Assembly (NCBI RefSeq): GCF_009914755.1
Contig: NC_060937.1
Strand: one strand, 5' to 3'
Length of the DNA stretch: 64,000 bases
DNA from: the human T2T-CHM13v2.0 reference genome, Homo sapiens
Part shown: positions 27,170 through 38,395 of the stretch, in pieces
Layout: every line of letters starts with the position of its first letter
Position numbering within the stretch: position 1 is the stretch's first letter
Notes under the pieces: generated by a model
Told to the model about the DNA's origin: nothing
Database searches by the model: none
Seen by the model: the letters and a program-made list of their open reading frames with translations, nothing else
Made by a program: the position numbers and the translations under genes

Positions 27170-29200
27170 TTTCAGTAAACATGTAGCCAGTCTCCACAGC
27201 ATTGAAGGTGTGATGGTGATAGGCATTAAGGGCTTCAAAGATGACTAGCACTGGTCCCTGCACTTAGGCAGACCTGAGAACCAATGGACAAGTAAAATGT
27301 GCTAAGTGCATTGATAGCATTTGTATAGAGTCCTCTGGGAATACCGGAAATAGGAAGTGTTCTTGCAACCATAGTTTTCTCTGAATGGGATGGTTGATAA
27401 GACAAATCCAGGAACACCAATAAGTTTCTTGACTTGAACTGAGTCTGGAAGCTTGAGGAGTCAGGAGAAGAAGCATAAAAGTGCAAAAGTGTTTGATATG
27501 TTTGGCAAGCAGAAAGGAGTCAAGTATGACTAGTTCCAGATGTTCAGTTCCAGATGTGTGTGATGAGAGGAAAGGGAGCCCGAAGCCCCAAATGCAGTGA
27601 TATAGAGCCAGGGCTTGACTCTGTGGGCCAAGAGTTTTCAAGCTGTTCTTGGAACCCTGGAAGCCCCTCAAAGGTGCCTAGGAGGTTAGACATGGGTGTG
27701 TGTTGGTGTTCATGTGCACATTGTGCACACCCAGGAGTGCAGGGAGAAGGCATGCAAGGGCCTGGGTGGTCCCCCCTTGCTTCAACTATGTTGGGCAGCA
27801 GAAGATTTTATATGAATAAAAAGTCCACTTCCTTTGTCCTCTTCTTAATAAAGTTTGAAGACCTCTGCTGCAGACAGTTGGAGAGGAGGTAGAGATTTTT
27901 AAGCAGGGAGTAAGACAATCAGATCAGGGTTTCAGAAAGAAAAACCTATGGAGGCCACCTGGAGGTTGATTAAATCTGTTGAGTCTGAAGCCAAGAGACC
28001 AGGTAGAAAAGAGCTAATAAGAGCCAAGGCTAGGTCAGTGGGTGCCAGAGGCGAAAGAATAAAGAGCACAATGGAAGGAGGGGTCCAACTGTCTAGAACC
28101 CCAGGGGCTGGGGCTGGGGCTCTGGGGGTTCCTTGAACTGTGGGAGGGAAGGAACAATAATGAGGACATGCGGGACCTTTGCATTTGTGGCAGCATTGGC
28201 TGCCTTTTGTTTTTGTAAATTCTAATGAAAGAGCCCATCCATCAGATAGACTCTGATAGAGATGCTCAGTGTGCGAAACACCCAGTGGGTCCTCAGACAT
28301 AGGGGTCTGGGGCTCAGAGACCGAGCCTGAGAGTGATCAGGGCCCTGGAAGAGCTCATGGGGTCAAAATGGGAAAGGGCCTGGGAGAACAGCAGCAGTAA
28401 GGGGTGACCAGAGAAGCAGGTGAGAGAGTGGAACAGAGTGGGCAGGCCAGCAAGAAGAGCAGGAGAGAAGGGATCATAGAGCAGGCTCAGAGGCCTCAAC
28501 CTGCTTGAGGAAAGCCTTTGGTTAGGATGGGGGTAGGGGTAGGGGTAGGGTGGATCATTCATGACATTTGCTAAGTCAGTGAAGCCTAATTTCAGTGAGA
28601 TGAAGTGGAAGGGGTATTGGAAAAAGCACAGGTCAGTTTCTAGAGATGTAATTGACTGGGCATAACCAAGGGCAGAAACGGGGGTGATGTGGGTAAATCT
28701 TGTGTCTTCAACCTGGGAACATGAAGGTGTCACCAAGGCATGGGGGGATTCCCCTGAGATGAGCAGATCCTTTGGCCTCTGAAAGAAGAAAGCCAGAGTT
28801 ACAGCCAGGCTAACCTGGAGCAATGGAAAGGTCTGAGGTCTAGGGTACCCCTTGCACAGCTCCAGTGGTGTTTATGTGGAAGGAGTGCTTTTCTGTCATT
28901 GATGTCGGGTTATAAATGACTAATTGGGTTGACATGAGAGATAATATCCAGCAGATAACATGGGGACTGTCCCATATGGGTGTGTTCATCCAGGCAGATG
29001 GTGGCAGAGTGAAATGTGCTTCCTTCAATCCATGCCTCTTAAGACTGGTCTCTTGGGAGCTGGAAGCTGTGACAGCAGCTACTTCATTGGAGGGGAGGCC
29101 CTGGAGTTGATGACGTGGTTTTCCCTGTCAGGAAGTTTGGCTGCTAGAGGAAGTAGTTAGGTCACTGGAAAGAAGAGGTGTTTGCAGCAGGTCACTGGCC
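27170..29200. mobile_element. Scattered L2 LINE fragments
   Basis: Purine-rich L2-like motifs (cagtaaacatgtag..., gagatttttaagcaggggagtaagacaatcagat, gaggggtccaactgtctag). Boundaries are very approximate. Confidence 0.4.
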
Positions 29201-29717
29201 TATATCGGGGGGGAGGGGCTGGAGAGCCTGAGGAGTGGGAGGGGTAAAGCTGAGCTGGGGCTGGAAAAGAGGAATGTGGATGCTGCTCATGCGTGACTCT
29301 TATGTTTTCTCGGGGAAACAGAAACCTCGTCTGCTTGAAGAGTGCCTAGGACGGGATGAATGGGCAAGATCTTGCAGATAGTGGGAAAGACTAGACATGC
29401 CAGTCTAGGGAAGGCAGACAAGGTCAGAGCTAATGAATCTACATGGAATTCAAACATCTCTGCCATGAGATTTTTTCCACCTCAGTGTTCTTTTTAGAGG
29501 AACAGAGCTAGAACTGGGCAGTGGTCACAGCTCCAGTCTCTAACCCTTAACTCCATTTTCTTCCCCCTGACTTCTGCCCTGGGTGCCTATGAGATACGAT
29601 AGCTGTCTAATGAGATTAATAGCCACTGTACACTGGTACACAGGTTGTGGTGATGCTGTTAGTGGTGATGAGCCCCTCTTTGGTCACCCCCTCATGCCTG
29701 GTTAAACACCCAACTCA

Positions 29718-29888
<171 letters not shown>

Positions 29889-29951
29889 ACCTAGCTCTTT
29901 GGAGGCTGCTTGGTTTTAGTAATCATTTCAGAGTCTGTCTGGCTTTCAGCA

Positions 29952-30091
29952 GAAGTAGGTACTTTCCTACTAAAGTACCTACTAAGGTTTAACCAGGCGT
30001 GAGTACTTAATAGGTACTTTCCCACTGAAGTAGGTACTTTCCTACTAAAGTAAGTACTTAGTAGGTACTTCAGTGGGAAAGTACCTACTTC
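29952..30091. repeat. Compound direct and inverted repeat patch
   Basis: 26-bp direct repeat (29952-29977 = 30027-30052), 22-bp perfect inverted pair (30011-30032 / 30066-30087), 16-bp terminal inverted pair (29952-29967 / 30076-30091). Confidence 0.9.
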
Positions 30092-30749
30092 CATTGAAAT
30101 CTGCCTAAAGATTTGATCTGACAGGTGGTAAACTAGTGAACAGACATTAGTTTTTATTTTTTCTATGTAATTCTGTTAGGGTTTTGTCATGGCTACAACT
30201 TATTTCTAGTATTCACATGGCGGGGGGTAGAGAGGGAATTTTAATCTTTGAGCATTTGTTAGGATTGGGCCAGCACCTAGGCCACTCTGTAATTTTTTCC
30301 CACAGACCTCAGTGGGGTAAGTCTTACAGTATCTGCTGAAAATGTTTATAAGGCTGTTCCTTAAATAGAGTTCTGGGTGCATATATCAAGGCTAGATATT
30401 TGTAATCCACCATTTGAGTGATATTAGTAGCTTCTCACTGACCTGGGGGTTTCATGCAAGACATCTAAAGCTTCAGACTGAGCCCCATTGGTCTTAACTG
30501 GGGTAACAGTTTGCTTAGACCGTCTGGGCTGAAGTAGTATTGAATTCTGTCTGTGATATTCAGGCGTTTCTCTGGACCTCAGATAACCTGGGTCTGAGTT
30601 GGATTTTACTCTCAAGCCAAGTGTTGTGGTACTCCCTGCAATTAGTATTGTAAAGAAGAGGAAGGATAGTGGGAATGTGCTAATGTGGTTTAGTTGGCTG
30701 GGGCCCTCATTCACCCAGGATGTGTCTCTTTTCTTAATTGTTCTCTCAG

Positions 30750-31139
30750 ACAAAGAATTCACTGTTCGGTTGGAAACAGAGAAGCGGCTGCACACGGTGG
30801 GCGAGCCGGTGGAGTTCAGATGCATCCTGGAGGCTCAGAATGTTCCCGACCGTTACTTTGCTGTCTCCTGGGCCTTCAACAGCTCGCTCATCGCCACCAT
30901 GGGTCCTAACGCTGTGCCTGTCCTCAACAGCGAATTTGCTCACCGGGAAGCCAGGGGACAGCTTAACGTGGCCAAAGAGAGCGACAGTGTCTTTGTGCTG
31001 AAGATCTACCACCTCCGCCAGGAAGATAGCGGGAAATACAACTGCCGGGTGACTGAGCGAGAGAAAACCGTGACGGGGGAATTCACTGATAAGGAGAGCA
31101 AGCGTCCCAAGAACATCCCCATCATAGTCCTCCCCCTCA
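30750..31139 (+). pseudogene. IGSF3P2: IGSF3-like Ig domain 3 exon (390 nt, open)
   Basis: ctctcag|AC AAA GAA TTC ... CCC CTC A|gtaagt; KEFTVRLETEKRLHTVGEPVEFRC...GKYNCRV...NIPIIVLPL. Confidence 0.93.
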
Positions 31140-32207
31140 GTAAGTAGAGAGATGTGCTGCTTTCTTCTCCTTTGGCTCAGCATCATTTAGGAGAGGTAGG
31201 GGGAGAGAGAATAGTGTGGTGAGGGTGAGGGGAGGCAGATGGAACCCCCGAGGTTAATGCAGAGCTGGGGGAAAAACCATTGAGCCTCTCTTCCCTGTTG
31301 TAGCCCACCTGCCTACATTTAGCAGTCTCCCCATAGCAGAGGATCAGGATCAGGGGTGTCCAGGATCAGGGCAGTCTAGGGCTGGGCATAGGCCTATCTG
31401 ATTGCTAGCAGCCCTGTGCATACACAAGCAGTGCCAGCTCAGCTTGGAGGGAAACCAGGAATCCCAGAAAGCTGTTTGCTCTTGTGTGGGAATCAAGTCC
31501 CAGAAGAAGTGGGTAGATAGATGCCTGCCTTGAAATCTCACTTAAGGAGAGCTGGTCTTTTATGGGAGGATTTTAAATCATAAAGTGCATTATTAAGGAT
31601 TTGCCATCTGGGTTTTTCAGGTATAAAGGCTGGCATTTCCCTAAATGGCTTTTCCCTGTTGAAATTGTGTTTCTAAAAGTCAGTGGATGGGACCTCTCAC
31701 ATCTTCCTGGAGCATAGTCTTTTAAGCTTAGCTGATTTCTGAGGCTGCCTCAGTGGGCTCCCAGCCTTCATGTAGACTGGCCTTGTGTGGGTGGGTAGTG
31801 GCCATTGCTAGGGATTCCAGAAACTACCGGTGTTTGCTTGTGTTGTGTTTAAACATTCACAGTATCAAGATATTCTTATTAATCTCATTCTCCCATAGTT
31901 CTGTTTTTAGTAAAGAGAATAAAAACCTACGATGCTCTGATTTTAAACAAGTGGTAAAGTTTTAAGACTAATCTTTAACCTTTTCTCAGCTGCTAAAACT
32001 ATTCTTTCTCTGAGCCTTGTAATAATTTCCTTTACTTTTTATTTATATGTTTTAATATTTAAAATATTTCTCTTCAAGTGTGAAGTAAAAAGTAGCCATA
32101 GGGGTCCTCTTGTTAGTCTTTTCTTCTTTTCTCATCAACTGGATTATTTTCTTTTATGCTTATTATTATTTTGTTAAAAACCATGCACACACATACCTAA
32201 TTATCTT

Positions 32208-35134
32208 TTTTTTCCTGGCAATAAATATTTTAATTTGTTTCATTTTTATGATGACAAATAATTTTCAAGTTTATTTCCTCGTTTAAATACAAAGCTAAAC
32301 CACAAACAGGTATAATCAAGACATTGTGTCTCATATTTACACTCCCATCGGATCCTCTTCCAATTTGCTGACCACTGACCAGGCTAGCGGGGGGCGGGGG
32401 TGGGAGGGAAGACTTTCTTAGGTAACACCGTCGTAAGGCCCGAGGTGGGGTTGGGGGGGAAATCAAAGATGAGGACAGGCTCTCATACCTGTCTCCATTC
32501 ACATTTACCTGGGACCAGGGTGGGCAGGAGACACCAGGTCATGGCTCCTGAGCCCCGGCCCCCTGGACTGAAGGGACAGTGTGTGAGAATCAGTTCTGTG
32601 AAGGGCGGGAGGAAGCAGCCACCTATTCCTCCTGCCTTCACAGTTAAGGTGAAAACCTTAGCCCTATCCTTGATTCCTGGGGGCTGCCGGGCCCTGTGTG
32701 CCCCCCTGCACACCTGGGTGTCTTTCTGAGGCTGGCAGCATCGGCTGGGGTCAGGGGTCCTGGGCTCCTAGGCTCACACCTCAGCTCAGTTGCGTCCTTG
32801 CAGGAGGACACTGGGTATCTGACAAACACAAAGCCTCGACAGCAGGTCTGGAACTTTCAACCCCAGCAGGATGAGGGGGAATGGGGGTGGATGTCAGGTA
32901 AGTAATTTCTGGTCCCACTACAAAACTTTATTTTTGATTAGAGTACCATTCTCAATCTCTTCTACAAAAAGCAAAAAAAAAAAAGCAGCCACTTCACTCA
33001 CTTCAAGACCTATATACATGTAAGTTGTTTTCTGTGTTTTTTTTAATTATTTTTAATTTTTATTATTATTTTTAAAATAAATTCAGTGTTCACATTTCTA
33101 TAAAGAATTAACCCAGTTTCAGGAAACCCTGCCCCAGCAGGGCAGGTAAGCAACACTCTCCCTGCCCACATCTAGTTTGATTTCGCGCCCTGATGCTTCA
33201 AGCTGCCCAGAAAAGCGGCAGCTTGTGGAAGAGGAAATCTATGCCTGGCCCGTGCTTGGGGCCCAGGGCTCAGTAAGCTTTCGAGAAAACAGAGGGGAAG
33301 ACTAGCTTACTGCAAAAACCTTTTTAAAAAATATTCATACACTTCAGTGAGCGCCTGTCGAGACGTTAGGAGAACAAGAGCTTGGAAACATCCCGTCCAG
33401 GCCACTGGGAGGCAGCATCTTCCTCACACCCCGTCCCTGGATTTCGGGGGTGCAGGGGGAAGGTCCCGGCTCTTCCACTGGAGAAAGGAGACTCACCTAG
33501 CTTCCTAGTTCATGTTTGACTATTTCCTCTAAAACCTGTGCTGAGTCTTTGACTGCATGCACGGGAAGCACAAACGTTCGGCTTGTATGCAAAAAAAGTA
33601 CAAAAACAACTAGAATATAAAAGTTTTGGTAATATAAGGCCATCTGTTCAAGTCCACCTTGGAAACCTGTAACAGATATTTAAATACTACAGTGAAAAGG
33701 CATCTTAATATACTTTTTAAAAACATCTGAAGTAATCCGCTAAGATTAAGTGTGTAAAAAAAAATTCAATTCCCTTTGAGGGCACTTTGTCCTTTGAAGA
33801 AGGGAAAGTGGGGCGGGGAGGGCGCGGGGCCCACCGGTTAATGCTTCAGCCATGGGTGGGCTTCAATGGAAGCCTTGCTGCGGTCCCCATAGTCATACAG
33901 GAGCTCCTCCCCAGCCGCGATGTCTCGGGAGGCGATGAGGATGAGGTGAGGTACGCCGTCGATGTCGTGCAGTTTGGTTTGGCAGTTCCCACGTTTGCTG
34001 TGATTGATCAGTCTTCCTAGGCGATTTGTCTCTCTAGTTGCATCCACGCAGTAGGTTTTGCTCAGATACTGAAAATAGTACATGTAGCAGCCCGTGGAAG
34101 GGTCCTGTGCGTACAGAGCCTCCCGTTTCTTGGCGTCGGTGATCTCGATGAGGTCCCCGTGGTATTCCACCACAAAGGCACCCCGGGAGAACTGCTTGGT
34201 GGCAATCACACCCCTGCCTTTGCCATCGATGAGGTCAATCTTCATTCCTTCTTCCTTCCCACTTTCAATCAATTCATCTATTCTTTTCCTTTCTTCAGAC
34301 TGCAGCTCGGCTTTGCTCTTCCTGGAGCTCCTTCGGACAGGGTAGAAATCCGTGTTTGCGATTCTGTTGCGTTTTTCCTTGAGCTTTTTTTCGGGGGGGC
34401 TGTTTGCCCTTGATGGGCTTTTTCAGGGCCGGCTTGGCGATGGCTGCATTGGTGGAATCACAAGATGAGGGTGGAGTTTTTGGAGGTTCTGCTGCTTCAG
34501 ATTTTTGGTTTGGAAAAGGTACCAGGGGACGTCTCCTGGCGTCTTTGATCTTCTGTTCCTCGGACTTCATGGCGCTCCGTACTGCGTTCCCAGCATTTCT
34601 TTTCTCTTCTCGTTTCCTGTAGATTCCGGCTAATGGTTTCCCCTGGCATTTGACTTCGTGATGTGTAACTGAGTTCTCTTCCTGAAGGGGGAAACGCATT
34701 CCAGAGCATTTGTTCGGGCTCATGTAGGAATAGATCTTTGACTGCCCGGTAAATACGTTCTCCCCGTCGGTGCGGGGCCTCCCCGGGCCCCTCCGCTCCA
34801 CCATCTCCGGGCCCGGGGCCGTCGCTGCCACCGCCGCCGCCGCCGCCTCCACCGCGCAGGGCTTGGACATCTTCCCGCCTGCAGCCCGGCCAGGCCCATG
34901 GCAGCGCGCCCTGCGCCCTAGCCGCCGCCGCCGCTGCCCGGCCACCACCGCTGCCGCTGCCGCTGCTGCTGCTGCTGCCGCCGCCACCAGCGCCGCCGCG
35001 GCGCCCCCTTCCCCCATGGCCGGCAAGGCAGGGCCCGGCACCCGCGCACCGCGGCAGCCCCGGGCCGCCCGGGGCGAGGCACGCAGGGAGGAAGGCGCAG
35101 GCGGCGCGTCCTCAGCAGCCCGCCCGCCCGCTCC
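32208..35134 (-). pseudogene. KMT5AP2: Processed pseudogene of KMT5A (SET8/PR-Set7, H4K20 monomethyltransferase) with 5' leader, CDS and about 1.6 kb of 3'UTR
   Basis: The intronless CDS (35017 to 33838) is split by a 2-bp deletion at 34353/34354. SET motifs GKGRGV, RLINHS, EELLYDY and the C-terminus AHPWLKH* are present. ATTAAA lies about 16 nt before a short poly-A (T run to 32213). The element is flanked by the 13-bp TSD ACCTAATTATCTT at 32195-32207 and 35135-35147. Confidence 0.95.
34760..35134. promoter_or_regulatory. CpG island carried in by the KMT5A retrocopy, including a (GCC/GCT)n polyalanine-coding tract at about 34921-35000
   Basis: Very high GC with dense CpG, in sharp contrast to the AT-rich flank starting at 35137. 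Promoter activity is not shown. Confidence 0.75.
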
Positions 35135-35389
35135 ACCTAATTATCTTGAAATTCTTTTGTTTCTTAGCCTTTTCCACCCTGCAATGCCTAGCATGGTGCT
35201 TTGCATAGAGTAGGTGCTCGCTGAATACTGTACAACTGAAATTATTGAATTGAATGCCCACTATCTTTACTATTTTCCTGTCAGTCTGTGCTTGCCTTAA
35301 CCACGGACTCTCTACTTTTAAATCTGCAACTAATTCCTCATTGTTTTCTAAGGATCAAGTGAAGGGCAGCCACTCTGTTTACTTCCTAT

Positions 35390-35560
35390 ATTTTTTGTCC
35401 TAAGATTTCCCCCAACCCCTTCTGAGAACTTGTTTGATGATCTGTGGCCTGCTATATTGCTTTTCCAGCAGATAACTGGGTAGTTAAAGTCCCCCAGCAC
35501 CGCCAGATCCTGTCCCAAGGCCACTTGGGTAAGTCGGCTGAAGAACAACAACAATCACAT
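35390..35560 (-). mobile_element. Ancient CR1/L3 LINE fragment (ORF2 endonuclease region)
   Basis: Minus-strand translation DLAVLGDFNYPVICWKSNIAGHRSSNKFSEGVGGNL resembles the CR1 ORF2 motif lv.mGDFNyPdICWksntA....S.kFLe.i.dnfl. Confidence 0.75.
35469..35528 (+). pseudogene. IGSF3P2: IGSF3-like 60-nt cassette exon (20 aa: TDNWVVKVPQHRQILSQGHL)
   Basis: ttgcttttccag|CA GAT AAC TGG ... CAC TTG G|gtaagt, phase 1-1, between the Ig3 and Ig4 exons. It fits the recalled 20-aa difference between IGSF3 isoforms. Confidence 0.8.
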
Positions 35561-37993
35561 CGGTAATGGTGATAATGCCTTGGATTTTAATGGCGCTTTT
35601 TCTCCTAAGAGACCAAAGTGCTTCTGCATATATCATCTCCTTCTCCGCTCCCACCTCTCAAATCCTCGTAGAGGCCAATATGATATCCATCTAATGAATG
35701 AAGAAATCAGAGCACCACACAGGAAGTGACAGAGCTGATTGTTCAGTTAGTGGTTGAGCTTGCATTGTATTAGGAAATATTTGCTTCTAACTCCACACCC
35801 ACCGCCCTGCGCTTAGCCTGTGCTACACCATCAACTTCCTGATTTGAAATTTCATTTGCGAATGTGTACTCAGATTTTTATTAGTTCTGTCCTAGTTTTC
35901 ACTTAATCCAGAGAGTTTAAAATTGTCAGCTGCCTTTTCTCAGGCCTGGAAATTCTTGTAAATAGTGTTTAGTGGGCAGTGAGGCACCAGGTCTGTAGTT
36001 GCCTTTGCCTCAGCTGCTGTAATAAAATAGCATTTCTTCTTGTAGCCCCACATTCTAACTATGTGGGTTTCCAGGCTTGCTCAAGCAACAGAGCACCACC
36101 AAACAGTAGCCCTTTCAATAAATGAGCCAGGACTTGCATAAGCGTCCACTGGGATGACAGTAGGGGATGAGAGTGAGGTCCTGCAAGTCATTCTCCTGCT
36201 TAAGACAAGTGAAAGAATTTTCTTCCTTGATGCTGCAGTTGCCCTTTTAATCCCTTATTTTGAATTGATAACAGTGGGGATGAGTCTTTAATCTAAAGAG
36301 GAATATTGTTGTTATTAATGATGATGAAAAATAATTACCTCATCTAATCCTGTCAATGTCATGCCCTAAGAAGTAGGCACTATTAGTATCTCCATTTTTC
36401 ACATGAGAAATTGGAGCTTTGGTAGGTTAAGGAAGAACCACAGGATTACAGAGTTAAGAAGTCTCCAAATCCAGCCCCTTAACCATTAGTGCTATAGATG
36501 GTGACTGTTCAGGAGCCTGATTATCTCTATGAATCATCCTGGTATGACTCCTGGGGGAGGTCGCCCTCCTGGGAAAATTGCTATTCCCTGCCCCATCCAG
36601 ACCTTTTATTTTTCACATAAAACAAGCACATCCAGAATGGCTAGCAGGCATCCTCACTATAATAAGAGCTACATTTTGAGGCTCAGTGCTCATCTTTGTT
36701 TCTGCTTGTTGAGGAAATAAAGGAGAGAAAAGATTTGATTCAAATGCATTGTTATGTGTATGTGTGTGTTTTCTCTTGGTAATTGGGTGTGCCTCTTAAA
36801 ATCTGGGATTTGATTTAATTAATTGGTTTAAATTATTGCATGTATTTAATGTGGGTGGTACCCAAAAATTGGAGCCAAATTAGTTACTTTGTGTTCTTTA
36901 ATACTTACAGACCTTCTGAACTCAATATAGATAATTATACAAAATACTACGTGCATAATTAAAACATATTAGGCTATCTGTGATGTTTATAAAAACAAAG
37001 AGTTATGTGGAATAGTAAAATTAATCATGATCATGATGACCAGTTTTTGAAAACCTACTATGTGTTAGGTGAATCTATATGCATCATCTCATTTACTTTT
37101 TAATATTTAAAGAATTCTACAATTAAAGGTGGCTCTCTACCTGTCTTACAGAAGAAGAGGCTGAGGCATGTCGAGTTTAAATAATTTGATTGAGTGATTC
37201 AGATAGTTAAGCGAGCAGCAGAGGCTAGATGAGACAGGGAAGGGAGTGGAATCCTTATCCCAAACTTTTGATTGGCCAAATGTTTCTAGAAAGACAGCAA
37301 AGGAGCCCCAGGGCTGACTGGACAGGTGGGAGAGTGGTGGATGATGAGCTGCTGGCTTTGTTTTATTCCTGTGTGTTAATGAAAGAATGAAAGCCTGCTC
37401 CTCATGCACTGCAAAACCAGACCATCTGTGCTCTCTTATTACCCACACTTAAGCACACGTTATCATCCAAATACTTACTGTCAGTTTTTTTTTTTCGTAC
37501 TTCCTAAATTGTCCTGAAGGACTCAAATGGCACATTATGGATGTTCAGCTTTTATTTGACTGCTGTAGTATCGAATGGTAGGAAGAGTGAAGTGAAGTAG
37601 GATTTTGGAGTTACTCTTCTTGCTGAAAATTCAACTTGAAAAACCCTGAACTGCCGCTGAATAGATTACCCAATAAATTGTTTTATGCCCTAATCATCAT
37701 GCCACTATGTTGTATTTCTTAGGTTCTTATTCAGGCTCAGGTGTTAGAACCTCGTTATCACAGTTCTCTGCACACAGCAAAGAACATCCTAGATTATCAG
37801 ATCTAAAACCACAGGGAGCAATGCCCAGAACCAGCCAGGGCTTACATCAGCTAGGGTCAGAGTGTTTTTGACCCTCTGAGGCTCACCGTACCTGAATATG
37901 ATTCCATTTGCACCCCTCCTCCTGTTTCCTCTGTGGGGAGGGCGCTGTGGAGACCATAAAGCCTCCAGGGTGTTTCTCTCTCCCTCTTCCTAG

Positions 37994-38395
37994 AGAGCAG
38001 CATCTCCGTGGGGGTGGCCAGCAATGCCAGCGTCATCCTTGAGGGCGACGACCTGCGCTTCTCCTGCAGCGTCCGCATGGCAGGCAGGCCGCAGGTTCGC
38101 TTCTCTGTCATCTGGCAGCTTGTGGACAGGCAGAACTGCCGCAGCAATATCATGTGGCTAGACCGGGATGGCACCGTGCAGCCAGGCTCGTCCTACTGGG
38201 AGCGCAGCAGCTTTGGGAGCGTCCAGATGGAGCAGGTGCAGCCCAACTCATTCAGCCTGGGCATCTTCAACAGCAGGAAGGAGGACGAGGGCCAGTATGA
38301 ATGCCATGTGACTGAATGGGTGCGGGTGGTGGATGGCGAGTGGCAGATTGTTGGGGAGCGCCGGGCCAGCACTCCCATCTCCATCATAGCTCTTG
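37994..38395 (+). pseudogene. IGSF3P2: IGSF3-like Ig domain 4 exon (402 nt, open)
   Basis: ttcctag|AG AGC AGC ATC ... GCT CTT G|gtgagt; SSISVGVASNASVILEGDDLRFSC...GQYECHVTEW. Confidence 0.93.

Noticed and set aside
28528-28553. (GGGGTA)n G-quadruplex-like motif; another G-rich run at about 47025-47090
   Set aside because: Short intronic G-runs are common and nothing here suggests function.
29952-30091. CRISPR-like or transposon interpretation of the repeat patch
   Set aside because: The context is eukaryotic, there is no regular repeat-spacer period, there are no cas genes, and there is no clear TSD. It is kept only as a templated-repair finding.
34770-35213. Antisense 147-aa Ala/Pro/Arg-rich ORF
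   Set aside because: It is the expected stop-poor mirror frame of the GC-rich KMT5A 5' region.
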